Shown in pieces: positions 48,293 through 57,701 of a stretch of 64,000 bases of DNA (position 1 is its first letter; every line of letters begins with the position of its first letter). Under the pieces are notes generated by a model. The model was not told where the DNA came from. It worked only from the letters and a program-made list of their open reading frames with translations, and did no database searches. The DNA comes from Dehalococcoidia bacterium UBA6495. Lineage in GTDB: Bacteria > Chloroflexota > Dehalococcoidia > Lucifugimonadales > UBA826. The DNA lies in the NCBI GenBank assembly GCA_002435305.1, contig DJMH01000116.1, positions 23,913 through 87,912 on the forward strand, given 5' to 3'. A program made the translations under genes and the position numbers.

Positions 48293-48934
48293 ATGAAACC
48301 ACATTACACCGGCTCCCAGTTTACTATTCATAAAATTACGTGCGGACCATACGATAATAATGCCTATATAGTCATATGTAATCGAACCAACGAAAGTCTT
48401 TTGATAGACACTCCAGCTGAACCTTCCGTTTTGGTTGCGCTGGCATCTACTACCCAAGTTAAATATATCGCAATTACTCATAATCATATGGATCATTTGC
48501 TTGGATTTGAAGAGGTTACAGAAGCTTTTCAAGCTAAAATTGCGATTGGAGAATCTGATTCTAATGAACTTTCGGTGGCGCCTGATTTGTTCTTAGAGGA
48601 TGGTAAAGAGATAAGCGTAGGAGATTTATCGGTTAGGGCAATTCACACCCCTGGTCATACTAAGGGGTCTACATGTTTACTTCTGGACGGGCATCTGTTT
48701 ACTGGAGATACTCTTTTCCCTGGTGGTCCAGGCAAAACTAAAACGTCTGATAACCTAAAAGAGATAATTGAGAGCATAACAAGCAGGCTATTTATTTTAG
48801 GAGACGACGTTTCTTTCTACCCAGGACATGGGGATGATGGCTTGTTGGGCACAGCTAGAAAGGAATATGAAATCTATTCCTCTAAAACCCACCCGGACGA
48901 TTTGTTTGGCGATGTTGAGTGGCTAAAAAGCTAG
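48293..48934 (+). CDS. MBL-fold metallo-hydrolase (glyoxalase II-like)
   Basis: 'ITHNHMDH' (HxHxDH), 'HTPGHT', 'GDTLF', 'PGHG'. Confidence 0.85.
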   Translation: MKPHYTGSQFTIHKITCGPYDNNAYIVICNRTNESLLIDTPAEPSVLVALASTTQVKYIAITHNHMDHLLGFEEVTEAFQAKIAIGESDSNELSVAPDLFLEDGKEISVGDLSVRAIHTPGHTKGSTCLLLDGHLFTGDTLFPGGPGKTKTSDNLKEIIESITSRLFILGDDVSFYPGHGDDGLLGTARKEYEIYSSKTHPDDLFGDVEWLKS

Positions 48935-49626
48935 AATTCCACTTGCCGCTTTTAGGGAAATTGCTCTTTTTACCCAATTTGAATTTAATTGCTCTGCTTG
49001 TTCTATTGGCGACGCTAACCCTTACAATTTTGTTAAAGATAGCCTTTGGTTCCACCACTCCATATTTACCGGTTGCTTGGTATTATCCATGGGTATTAGC
49101 TGTACCTCAATTGATTCTGTTGTTGTTCATAGTTTCAATTTCCGGAGATGATCGTAAACCAATAAGAGCTGTTCTTCACATACCACATAGCGAAGGATGG
49201 ATTCGCCTCTCAATAATGACGGTTTCGGCTAGCATTGTCGCGATATTTTTATACTCATTCGCTATCTACAAAATAGATGTTTCTTATTTGATGCCGCCTC
49301 AAGTTCCCAAAAATATATTGGGTGAGGGGGGATTTACGTTGATTAATTTATTCGCAATAGTGGTTTGGGTTCCTTTTGTGGAGGAACTTTTCTTTAGAGG
49401 TTTTTTGTTAACCTCCTGGATTCCCAAGTATGGCCATGCGAAATCGATATTGCTTGTTTCATTGGTATTTATGTTTGTACATTCGCACCCGGGATTGTAT
49501 TTTCCAGTATTCACGAGTTCCCTATTGATCTCATATCTTTTCATAAAGACTAAGTCTTTGTGGCCAGCCTTTCTATCACATGCTGCCCTGAATTTGTTAG
49601 TTGTGATAGTTGCGGCTTCTGCTTGA
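48919..49626 (+). CDS. CPBP-family intramembrane glutamic endopeptidase (CAAX protease/Abi)
   Basis: 'VPFVEELFFRGFLL' (EExxxR), 'FMFVHS', 'SHAALNL'. Overlaps the MBL gene by 16 nt. Confidence 0.8.
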   Translation: MAKKLEFHLPLLGKLLFLPNLNLIALLVLLATLTLTILLKIAFGSTTPYLPVAWYYPWVLAVPQLILLLFIVSISGDDRKPIRAVLHIPHSEGWIRLSIMTVSASIVAIFLYSFAIYKIDVSYLMPPQVPKNILGEGGFTLINLFAIVVWVPFVEELFFRGFLLTSWIPKYGHAKSILLVSLVFMFVHSHPGLYFPVFTSSLLISYLFIKTKSLWPAFLSHAALNLLVVIVAASA

Positions 49627-49666
49627 ATTGGGCAGAATGTTGTGCACGTAATCCTATATTGATCAG

Positions 49667-50470
49667 GTGGGTAACCAAGTGGAAAATAGAATCGACTTAA
49701 AACTCCTCGAGGTGAAATCAGAGAATAGGCCGGCTTTAGTGCCTTATCTAACTGTTGGATATCCCTCGATAAAACTGTCAGCGGAAATAGCCTTGAAGAC
49801 CCTTGTGTCCGGGGCTGATATGTTGGAATTAGGAATACCTTTTAGTGATCCCATAGCTGACGGGCCAACTATTCAGAAAACTGGTTTCAAGGCTCTCGAA
49901 AACGGTGTCAGTCTTTCGGTATGTATGGATGTTTTAACTAAGGTTCGGGAAGAAAACAATGATTCTCCTATTATATTCATGGGATATTTCAACCCGTTTC
50001 TTCAATATGGGCTGGAACGTTTTATGGGAGACGCATCGGACCGTGGTCTTGATGGTTTGATAATCCCTGATCTACCGATGGAAGAATCGGTAGTTATATC
50101 TGAGCAGTGCAGGAAAAATGGAATACACCATATCCCTTTATTGGCTCCGACCAGTACCAAGGAAAGAATAAAATCTTCTTGTGAACAGGCGGGGGGGTTC
50201 ATATATTGTGTCAGCCTTACAGGTGTAACTGGAGCCCGTGACGGTTTATCTAAGGGTGTAGAAAATTTGGTTGAGAGAATCAGAGTTCATACGAATTTGC
50301 CTGTGTTGGTTGGATTTGGAGTTTCTCAGAAAAAAGATGTTGAGATGATATCTAAATTTGCAGACGGTGCGGTCGTTGGAAGTGCGTTTTTGGATCATAT
50401 AGCGAATTCCAGCGAGGGGAGTGAGATATCGTCGGCTGGAGAATTCATCGAGAGCATATCGGTGAAATAA
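49667..50470 (+). CDS. trpA: Tryptophan synthase alpha chain
   Basis: 'ALVPYLTVGYPS', 'LELGIPFSDPIADGPTIQ', 'YCVSLTGVTGAR', 'VGFGVS'. Confidence 0.95.
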   Translation: MGNQVENRIDLKLLEVKSENRPALVPYLTVGYPSIKLSAEIALKTLVSGADMLELGIPFSDPIADGPTIQKTGFKALENGVSLSVCMDVLTKVREENNDSPIIFMGYFNPFLQYGLERFMGDASDRGLDGLIIPDLPMEESVVISEQCRKNGIHHIPLLAPTSTKERIKSSCEQAGGFIYCVSLTGVTGARDGLSKGVENLVERIRVHTNLPVLVGFGVSQKKDVEMISKFADGAVVGSAFLDHIANSSEGSEISSAGEFIESISVK

Positions 50471-50485
50471 AACAGAGAGGTTGTA

Positions 50486-50857
50486 ATGTCTGAAGTACGG
50501 GCCATAAGAGGTGCAACAACATCCCCCAGTAATAGTTCGGAGGAAATTCTTGCTGCTACCACCGAAATGTTGGATTTGATAACAAAAGAAAACTCACTGA
50601 AAGTTGATGACATTATTAGTGCATTTTTTACAACCACTCAAGACTTAAATGCTGAATTTCCTCCAGTGGCTGCTAGGAAAATGGGATGGGTAAATGTAGC
50701 TCTAATGTGTTCTCACGAAATGAAAGTCCCTGGGGCATTGCAGAAATGCATCCGTGTTATGGTGCACGTGAATACTGACAAAAATCCTTCTGATATTGTG
50801 AATATTTATCTTCGAGATGCTGTTAATCTTAGGAAGCGAGGATTTGAGAATGGTTAG
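50486..50857 (+). CDS. aroH: Chorismate mutase, AroH class
   Basis: 'VRAIRGATT' start, 123 aa, 'FFTTTQDLNAEFPPVAAR', 'IRVMVHVN'. Confidence 0.85.
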   Translation: MSEVRAIRGATTSPSNSSEEILAATTEMLDLITKENSLKVDDIISAFFTTTQDLNAEFPPVAARKMGWVNVALMCSHEMKVPGALQKCIRVMVHVNTDKNPSDIVNIYLRDAVNLRKRGFENG

Positions 50858-51213
50858 TGATCGGGTTGTTGAAGAAGTTGGATGGTATTTCCGTCTGGGT
50901 CTTGAAATGTACAGACCCACCCGCCCCAATGTTCTTTTTCGGGTTCCCTAAGAAACTTTATACCGTTACTTTTAAGGCCATTGGTGAACTTTTTGATATC
51001 TTTGACATCAAAATTCAACATTATTCTTAGAGGTTCTATGGAATTATCTGTTATCTCTGAATGGGATCCGATGCTAAACCTGAGGTTCTCCCATCTGTAG
51101 GCAATGAAATGGTCTCTCACAGAGTGGGGTTTAAGACCTAGGATATCCTCATAAAAATGCCTTAGACGAGCTAAGTCATATGTCCATATGATTGCCCCTG
51201 AAAATCTGACCAT
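50854..51213 (-). CDS. VOC/glyoxalase-bleomycin-resistance family protein
   Basis: 119 aa, 'LARLRHFYEDILGLKP', 'FQDPDGNTIQL'. Confidence 0.75.
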   Translation of the reverse strand: MVRFSGAIIWTYDLARLRHFYEDILGLKPHSVRDHFIAYRWENLRFSIGSHSEITDNSIEPLRIMLNFDVKDIKKFTNGLKSNGIKFLREPEKEHWGGWVCTFQDPDGNTIQLLQQPDH

Positions 51214-51288
51214 GATTCCTCTATTTTACTTTAAATTTGGTTAATAATCGGTTTCCAATTTTATTATGTCCATGTATATAATGATCAT

Positions 51289-51458
51289 GGAAGACAGAAA
51301 CGCATGGGTGGATGAAAGTTTACAGAGGGTCTTCTAAAAGGAGGTAAGTAGCGTTGGATAGTAGTAGTAGGAGGTCGACCAGGTAGGTGTTCTCTGGAAC
51401 GCCTCCACATGTAAAGCGCTCGGAGTAGGTTTACTGCTTCGGGCGCTTTTAGTTTTTT
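51289..51458 (+). ncRNA. Candidate small structured RNA (unclassified)
   Basis: TATAAT at 51277-51282 is followed by three consecutive hairpins (51288-51336, 51370-51406, 51413-51449) and a T-run on the plus strand. No ORF longer than 18 aa is present. See the corresponding finding. Confidence 0.25.
51413..51449. terminator. Intrinsic-terminator-like hairpin (13-bp stem, 11-nt loop)
   Basis: AAAGCGCTCGGAG / CTTCGGGCGCTTT. On the plus strand it is followed by TTTTAGTTTTTT, and the two G.U pairs exist only on that strand. On the minus strand it lies directly after the PTE stop codon. Confidence 0.6.
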
Positions 51459-52405
51459 CCCTCAAAAAACCTTCTTGGGTTATCAACCATAATGTTTTGT
51501 ATGTCCTCTTCTGATGCGCCCAAGTCTTTAAGTCTAGGTAGAACTTGCCGGCTTATGAATAAATATCCGTCCGGGTTATACTTCGACCGACTCGTTTGTC
51601 CTTCTTTTGAATCTATGCTGAGTCGGACTGACCAGTCGTGCCCCAGCATGATTCTTTTTCCATATCCGTCCGCTATTAGTCTCATCGCGGTGTCGGTTCT
51701 TTGCTTCCAATTTGGAGTTCCCACAGTTCTGCCTCCTGGGTACCTATCTAGTCCTATCCAAACACCTTTATCGAGTAGACTTTCTAGATAATGTATGTCC
51801 ATGGTGTCGTTACTGTGTCCGACGTAAACCCTATTTAAGTCAACTTTTTCATCTTCAAAAATTCTGACCTGTTGCTCGCCGACGCGATCAGGGGCCCAAG
51901 TATGGGTGGATATTGGAACCCCGGTTTCTTTCTGGGCCCGTGCTGCTGCCCTAAGTATGACTTCTCCCTCTCTGGTAACTCCCCCAACATCATTAGCCAC
52001 TTTAATTATCCCAGCTTTTATATTGGTATCTTCAATTCCTGTTGTTATTTCTCTCTTGTACAGGGTCGCAACACTATCTATCGAAGCATTCCAAAATACT
52101 CTAGGTATATCCCTCCATGTTCCAGTCGCACATATTATGTTCACTCCCGATTCTTTTGACACTTTCGCCAGCATATGGATATCCCTGCCGAGGTCGAGTG
52201 TCGTCACATCAATTATCGAATCAAGGCCTTCATCCTTTGCTTCGGAGAGAACCTTTATTGCCTCAGTTATTGAATCTTCTCGTTGTATGAATTCCGGATA
52301 TATTTGAGGTATTCCAGCAGAACTAACGACGATATGTTCGTGCGACAAGGTGAAACCTAAATCAGAAGTCTCCATCGGGCCCAAAACTGATTCTATATTG
52401 CTCAT
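51449..52405 (-). CDS. Phosphotriesterase-family (PTE/PLL) amidohydrolase
   Basis: 'LGFTLSHEHI' (HxH), 'GIIKVA', 'THT', 'GHSN', 'LGHDW'. Confidence 0.85.
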   Translation of the reverse strand: MSNIESVLGPMETSDLGFTLSHEHIVVSSAGIPQIYPEFIQREDSITEAIKVLSEAKDEGLDSIIDVTTLDLGRDIHMLAKVSKESGVNIICATGTWRDIPRVFWNASIDSVATLYKREITTGIEDTNIKAGIIKVANDVGGVTREGEVILRAAARAQKETGVPISTHTWAPDRVGEQQVRIFEDEKVDLNRVYVGHSNDTMDIHYLESLLDKGVWIGLDRYPGGRTVGTPNWKQRTDTAMRLIADGYGKRIMLGHDWSVRLSIDSKEGQTSRSKYNPDGYLFISRQVLPRLKDLGASEEDIQNIMVDNPRRFFEGKN

Positions 52406-52442
52406 AGTACCTTCTTCATAAGTAGCATTTTTTGACTGTGGC

Positions 52443-53225
52443 CTAACTATCCTTGATGACGGGATTACTAAGTGTGCCTACACCTGAAATCTCAATTTCA
52501 CAGGTATCTCCATTTTTCATATCCTTGGACGTACCATCGGTTCCCATCCAGATTACGTCTCCAGGGTGTAAAGTTAGGTACCTGGTAATTTCCGATATGT
52601 ATTTTTCTACTCCAAAAATCATGTCGTTAGTTTCAAACGAAATGGTTTCCTTACCATTAAGTCTGACGGTTGTCACCATGTCATCGAGGGTTGCGTCAGT
52701 TTCAATCCAAGGTCCCATAGGCTTAAACGTGTCAGTATTTTTGGCACGCCATAAAGTTCTATCAGAGGCTTGCCATGTTCTCTCGCTGACGTCATTACCC
52801 ACCGTATACCCCAAAACATAATCTAGGGAATCCTCCATTGAAACATTTTTGGCGACTTTGCCGATAACCACTACCAGCTCAGCTTCGTAATGAATTTTAT
52901 CTGTTGCATCCTTGGGTATGACTATGGGATCTCCATGGCCTATGATTGCATTATTGGCTCTATATCCTATATCGGCCTTTTCAGGTAAATTGGGTTCCCT
53001 GTTCAGTAGAGACGCTGCCTCTAAGACATGTTTTTTGTAATTTACCCCCGCGGCGTAGAAAGTTTTCGGTATAACTGGAGGTAATATTTTCACCTCTTCA
53101 ATCGGGATTTTTTGATTGGTTTGCTCATACCCGTCAAATGGTGACCCATGAACTTTGGATACGGTATTATCGTTCAAGAAACCGTAGAACGGCTCATCTT
53201 TTGTCTGGCACCTCAGCCATCTCAT
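52443..53225 (-). CDS. Fumarylacetoacetate hydrolase (FAH) family protein
   Basis: 'YEAELVVVIGK', 'GYTVGNDVSER', 'KNTDTFKPMGP'. Confidence 0.85.
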   Translation of the reverse strand: MRWLRCQTKDEPFYGFLNDNTVSKVHGSPFDGYEQTNQKIPIEEVKILPPVIPKTFYAAGVNYKKHVLEAASLLNREPNLPEKADIGYRANNAIIGHGDPIVIPKDATDKIHYEAELVVVIGKVAKNVSMEDSLDYVLGYTVGNDVSERTWQASDRTLWRAKNTDTFKPMGPWIETDATLDDMVTTVRLNGKETISFETNDMIFGVEKYISEITRYLTLHPGDVIWMGTDGTSKDMKNGDTCEIEISGVGTLSNPVIKDS

Positions 53226-54337
53226 ACGCTTAACTCCTCGTCTATTTTGTCTTTAAGGACAGGCAATAATTGCTCTGAAACTATGTTGCATTCAGTAACA
53301 TGAGGGAATCCGGACAATATAAACTCATCTATTCCAAGCCGCCAGTAGCTGAGCAGTTCTTCTGAGACCTGTTCCACATTTCCGACAATGGCTGTCCCGC
53401 AATTCACTCGAACATTGGATATGCCATTCCATAAATGTCTGCCCATTTTGTCATTTTCATATTGTTGGGTTTGAGATCTTTGACCTACCATACTGGTGTT
53501 TTTGGAGGACTTAGCCCTTTGTCTCAAAACAGATTCAGAAGTTTGAGATAGTAGTTCATCGGCAATTTCCCATGCTTCTCTTTCGGATTGTCTGACTATT
53601 AAGTGAGTTCTTAAACCGAAACGAGGAGATCGTCCTTTATCCATATACTTCTTTCGCGCTTTTTTCAGATGGGGCTCCAAGGTCTCCTGGGGAAGAATCC
53701 ATGCCAAATATGTATCAGCCTTATCGGCCGATAAATTCAGCGCAGCCTCCGATGCCCCGCCCAGATAAAATGCTGGGTTACCCTTTGGGCCAGGAGAACA
53801 AACTGCTCCGTTCAGATGAATGAATTCACCATTAAATTTAATTGCCTCTGGTTTCTCCCATAGTTTTTTGCAGGCAGATATGAATTCAGAAGCTCTTTCG
53901 TATCTAGTGTCGTGATCGGTCTTTTCTCCCAATCTTTCCATATCCCCCTCTATTCCACCTGGAACTATATTCAGATCTAACCTTCCACCTGAAATTTGAT
54001 CCAGCGTGGCTGCCATTTGTGCGAATAACCCTACCGATATGAATCCAGGTCTTACCGCAACTAGGAATCTTATTTTTTCTGTGACTGAAGCTAAAGCGGC
54101 AACTGTTGTCCAGGTCTCTGCAAGAGGAGCGTTTTCGTCAAAGAGACCGTTTGAAAATCTGGTAGGCACAAGGAGGGAGTAAAATCCGCTTTTTTCTGCC
54201 GTGAGCGCCACTTTTTTGAGGTAATCAAATGTTGGAGGGATTTCTGCCTTGTCTGTGCCTATATGCTCCCCATCTCCATCGATAGGTATGAACCAATCAA
54301 ACTTAGGTTTGCCGCGCGGTTCAAATATCTCTGACAA
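53222..54337 (-). CDS. LLM-class flavin-dependent monooxygenase (SsuD/SfnG-like)
   Basis: 'FDWFIPIDGDGEHIG', 'FLVAVRPG', 'ISGGRLDLNIVPGG'. TTG start. 4-nt overlap with the FAH gene. Confidence 0.8.
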   Translation of the reverse strand: MSEIFEPRGKPKFDWFIPIDGDGEHIGTDKAEIPPTFDYLKKVALTAEKSGFYSLLVPTRFSNGLFDENAPLAETWTTVAALASVTEKIRFLVAVRPGFISVGLFAQMAATLDQISGGRLDLNIVPGGIEGDMERLGEKTDHDTRYERASEFISACKKLWEKPEAIKFNGEFIHLNGAVCSPGPKGNPAFYLGGASEAALNLSADKADTYLAWILPQETLEPHLKKARKKYMDKGRSPRFGLRTHLIVRQSEREAWEIADELLSQTSESVLRQRAKSSKNTSMVGQRSQTQQYENDKMGRHLWNGISNVRVNCGTAIVGNVEQVSEELLSYWRLGIDEFILSGFPHVTECNIVSEQLLPVLKDKIDEELSV

Positions 54338-54420
54338 CTGTACGTTCTCCCTACTACGGTGGGTTTATTACATTATGGAACAAAACAGGACCAAGACCCC
54401 TAATTAAAATACGGGGCCAA

Positions 54421-55221
54421 TTAAACTTTGGAGTATTCTGGATATGTTATCTGGGTGCCATCCTCTAGGTCCTCAATTAGAAAATCACCAAATAATAATG
54501 GAGCTTCGACCTGAAGTAATTTAAGTATTTCAATTGCGAGGAACCTTATTTCCCAATCAGCAAAATCGGCACCCCTCAATTCGATGAAGTGCCTTAATGC
54601 CCTCACATTTGCGGTAATAAAAATTTTCGTTTCAGTTGCATTTGGCAAAACCGATCTGGCTGCTTGTCTTATGGCTTTTCTTCTATCGGTGTTGCTATTA
54701 AATATTGATTTTGGTAATGATTTTTCTAAGGCAGCCACTAATTCAGTGTAGCTTTCAGCTGCTTGTACCAACGCGTTGTCTAATACTTTTCTCGCTTCTT
54801 TCGTGAATTCTCTTTCTGACGACAGGGCTGGAGGAATAACAAATGTCCCCTCTGTTTCATCCACGTATCTTTGAGATCTTTGACTGTAAGCAAATCCTGC
54901 TCGATGCCGAACCAATTCGTGAGTAAGGCTTCTGGAAACGCCGGTCACGATGAAACCGTAATTTACGTGTTCAAAAACACTCCCATCTTTAGAGCTTAAT
55001 AGATTGTTTATAAAATCGGTGATGTCTCTACGGCCCCTGCCGTAGCTCATGTAACACATTCTTGCCGATATCTCTATAACAGCAGCTGATTCGTCGTCAC
55101 CAGCCCTCACCGAGTCAGGAATGGGAGGCACATTTTCCTCTTCAAAGAAATTAGCGATTTGGGACCAATTAATAGCTGGTTTAGTGACCAGATAAACGCT
55201 AGGATTTTCTTTGAAGGCCAT
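54421..55221 (-). CDS. thyX: Flavin-dependent thymidylate synthase
   Basis: ThyX signature 'RHRAGFAYSQRSQRY' (RHRxxSxxxxSxR). Confidence 0.95.
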   Translation of the reverse strand: MAFKENPSVYLVTKPAINWSQIANFFEEENVPPIPDSVRAGDDESAAVIEISARMCYMSYGRGRRDITDFINNLLSSKDGSVFEHVNYGFIVTGVSRSLTHELVRHRAGFAYSQRSQRYVDETEGTFVIPPALSSEREFTKEARKVLDNALVQAAESYTELVAALEKSLPKSIFNSNTDRRKAIRQAARSVLPNATETKIFITANVRALRHFIELRGADFADWEIRFLAIEILKLLQVEAPLLFGDFLIEDLEDGTQITYPEYSKV

Positions 55222-55394
55222 TAATATCTCCAGGAACTCTTAGTTTCATAGAATCTTATCACTTAGCCTTAGAATTTTGCATTCTCCGGGTATGAAATAG
55301 ACGCGAATTGTTGCTGGAATTGAAATTGTTGAGCGTGCCTTCAGCGTGCTATACTGAAGTTTGGCTAAAAAATAATCATTGGAGTGTTTTGGCT

Positions 55395-55688
55395 TTGGCT
55401 GAGAGAAAACGAAAATATGAGTTGATTATGGCCCTGTCCCCGGTTTCAACCGAGGCTGAGGCTACAGTAATTGTGGACAGTGTTGCCGATGTTATTACCT
55501 CGTCGGGTGGAGAGGTTACAGGTCGGGAAGAATGGGGTGTGAAAAGACTTGCCTATTTGGTAAACAACTTTCAGGAAGGAAGCTATTACAAAGCTGATAT
55601 TTCAATGGATTCCTCTAACGTCAAAGAGTTGGATAGGACTTTGAACGCAAATCAAGATGTACTGGTACATTTGATATCAAAAGTGTAA
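55395..55688 (+). CDS. rpsF: 30S ribosomal protein S6
   Basis: 'RKYELIMALSP...EEWGVKRLAY'. TTG 55395 (or 55389) follows GGAG at 55381. The track start at 55308 is probably too long. Confidence 0.85.
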   Translation: MAERKRKYELIMALSPVSTEAEATVIVDSVADVITSSGGEVTGREEWGVKRLAYLVNNFQEGSYYKADISMDSSNVKELDRTLNANQDVLVHLISKV

Positions 55689-55712
55689 TTCTCGTTAGAG
55701 GCGGGGTTTGAT

Positions 55713-56165
55713 ATGACTATGAATAAAATACTCATAATTGGGAATTTAGGATCTGATCCTGAAATGAGGTACACGCCTAACGGAAACCCGGTAACCTCAT
55801 TCACTGTCGCAACAAATCGCCGATACAGGGCGTCTGATGGGGAGAATAGAGAAGAAACTGAATGGTTTCGGATTAGTGCTTGGAATAGGTTGGCAGAAAC
55901 ATGCAATCAATATCTGCAACGGGGGAGTAAGGTGTACGTAGAAGGCCGTCTCAGTAGCCGGACATATGTAGGAAATGATGGAGAAACTAGGGTGTCCCTT
56001 GACGTGAATGCCTCTGAGGTTCGATTCATCGATAGTAGGGGCGCCAATACGAGTTCATCAGGAGGATTTTCGGAAGGAGGATCCAATCCCGATTCTACAG
56101 GGTCTTCCTCTTCAGCCGCTTCAATTGAAGATGAAGGGGAAATCGAAGATGATTTGCCTTGGTGA
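55713..56165 (+). CDS. ssb: Single-stranded DNA-binding protein
   Basis: 'MNKILIIGNLGSDPEMRYTPNG', 'TEWFRISAWNRLAE', and the acidic tail 'EDDLPW'. Confidence 0.95.
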   Translation: MTMNKILIIGNLGSDPEMRYTPNGNPVTSFTVATNRRYRASDGENREETEWFRISAWNRLAETCNQYLQRGSKVYVEGRLSSRTYVGNDGETRVSLDVNASEVRFIDSRGANTSSSGGFSEGGSNPDSTGSSSSAASIEDEGEIEDDLPW

Positions 56166-56219
56166 TCGATAGGAATTTATAACTTTTCGGAAGTGTAGTA
56201 ACTAAATCGGAGTCCATTG

Positions 56220-56522
56220 ATGACAACAGAAAGAGAAAGCACCCCACAAAGAAGGCCTGGAGGTCGCCCACGTTTTTATTCTCGTCGAAAGGTTTGCCAA
56301 CCTTGCGTGGATAAAAAAGAATTGGACTATAAGGATGTTGATTATCTTAAGAAATTTCTTTCTGAAAGGTACATGATAGAGGCTCGTCGAAAAAGTGGCA
56401 TGTGTGCGAAATGTCAAAGGTCTTTGGCAAAAGCCGTGAAGAAGGCCCGCCACTTGGCTTTACTTCCTTTTTCCCCCTCCCAGAAAGGTGCTTTGCCTGT
56501 TCATTACAGGCCTAGGTCATAG
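56220..56522 (+). CDS. rpsR: 30S ribosomal protein S18
   Basis: 'DYKDVDYLKKFLSERYMIEARRKSGMCAKCQRSLAKAVKKARHLALLPF'. ATG 56220 lies 7 nt after GGAG. Confidence 0.9.
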   Translation: MTTERESTPQRRPGGRPRFYSRRKVCQPCVDKKELDYKDVDYLKKFLSERYMIEARRKSGMCAKCQRSLAKAVKKARHLALLPFSPSQKGALPVHYRPRS

Positions 56523-56582
56523 CCAACCTGTATGTTCTCCCTCGTGTAAATAATTAATCATTCCAGGAAAGTCTCAAATCAA

Positions 56583-57692
56583 GTGAGTTCTGGTCGTTCC
56601 CTACGCGTAGATAAAAGAAGGGTTGCTATGCAGCAACCTGTGCTAAGACGTCGTCAAAAATTAACTATAGGCCTCTTAGGAATATCTTTTCTGTTAGTGA
56701 TTTCAATATTCATAGCCGGTTACATTGTGGTGTTTGTAATGCCACATAGGGAGTTAGTAGTTAAAGTGGATGGTGTCGAGTACACAAGAGGAGATCTGGT
56801 TGAGTTAGTGAGAATAAAACAAAAAAGTTCTGAATTTCTGGGAGGTACATTTGATGCGAGCTCCGGAATATTTGAGTCTCTCCAATTGGTGGTAGAAAAT
56901 GAGGTTTTGATGCAAATGGGCCCATCTCAGGGTATTTTTGTTTCTGACGAGGAAATAGATGGGCAAATCGCTGTCATAATGCGGCCTGAGAAGCAAATGG
57001 CTTTAGGTAAATCGGAGGAACAGATTGTACGAGAAACCTCTGAGCGATATTTGAACTATTTGAATACTATTCAGATAGATGAGTCAACACATAGGTCGTT
57101 AGTGCGGAAGGCGATCCTTAGGGAAAAATTTAGACAGCAGGTTGGAGAATCGGTTCCATTTGTAGCGGAGCAAGTTCACCTTTTCCGGATTGTGATGCCA
57201 CAAACTGGTGAAATGGACATAATGCAAGTCAAATATGAGGATGCGGTGAGGGATATCACAGATTCAAACCAATTTCAGTTAGCTTATATTGAAATAGCAC
57301 GAGAATTTTCGGTAGATATACCAGAAAAAGTCAGGTTGGGAGGAGACATGGGTTGGATTGCCAAAGGAGTTATCCCAGATTACGAGCGGGACTTTTTCTT
57401 ACTACAGCCTGGAGAATTAAGTGAGCCTGTCAAAAACAAAGACAACCTCACTCAGACTTTCTTTTTTATGATCTCCGAACGTCAACCGGCGAAAGAATTG
57501 TCATCTGAAGTTCGCAATGAACTAAAATCGAAGGCTCTACAAGATTGGGTTAATGACGAAAGAAGCAACCATGACGTCTATGCGATTTTCAATTCAGAAA
57601 TTTACGATTGGATCTTTCAACAGCTGCGGCTGTCATCTCGTGCCCCAACTCCGACACCGGACCCATTTGAAGCAATATTGAATTCTAGGTAA
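56583..57692 (+). CDS. Membrane-anchored parvulin-type peptidyl-prolyl isomerase (PrsA/SurA-like)
   Basis: N-terminal TM 'LTIGLLGISFLLVISIFIAGYIVVFV' and a PpiC-like 'GGDMGWIAKGVIPDYERDFFLLQPGELSEPV'. Confidence 0.7.
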   Translation: MSSGRSLRVDKRRVAMQQPVLRRRQKLTIGLLGISFLLVISIFIAGYIVVFVMPHRELVVKVDGVEYTRGDLVELVRIKQKSSEFLGGTFDASSGIFESLQLVVENEVLMQMGPSQGIFVSDEEIDGQIAVIMRPEKQMALGKSEEQIVRETSERYLNYLNTIQIDESTHRSLVRKAILREKFRQQVGESVPFVAEQVHLFRIVMPQTGEMDIMQVKYEDAVRDITDSNQFQLAYIEIAREFSVDIPEKVRLGGDMGWIAKGVIPDYERDFFLLQPGELSEPVKNKDNLTQTFFFMISERQPAKELSSEVRNELKSKALQDWVNDERSNHDVYAIFNSEIYDWIFQQLRLSSRAPTPTPDPFEAILNSR

Positions 57693-57701
57693 AGGCGCTT
57701 T

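Noticed and set aside
48158-48532. A 124-aa minus-strand ORF.
   Set aside because: It is antisense to the well-supported MBL hydrolase gene and its promoter and has low-complexity, odd composition. It is a shadow ORF.
51370-51406. The ACCAGGTAGGT-containing hairpin briefly suggested an SRP (4.5S) RNA helix 8.
   Set aside because: The conserved GGAAGCAGC/GNAR-tetraloop core of SRP RNA is absent. It is kept only as part of an unclassified sRNA candidate.
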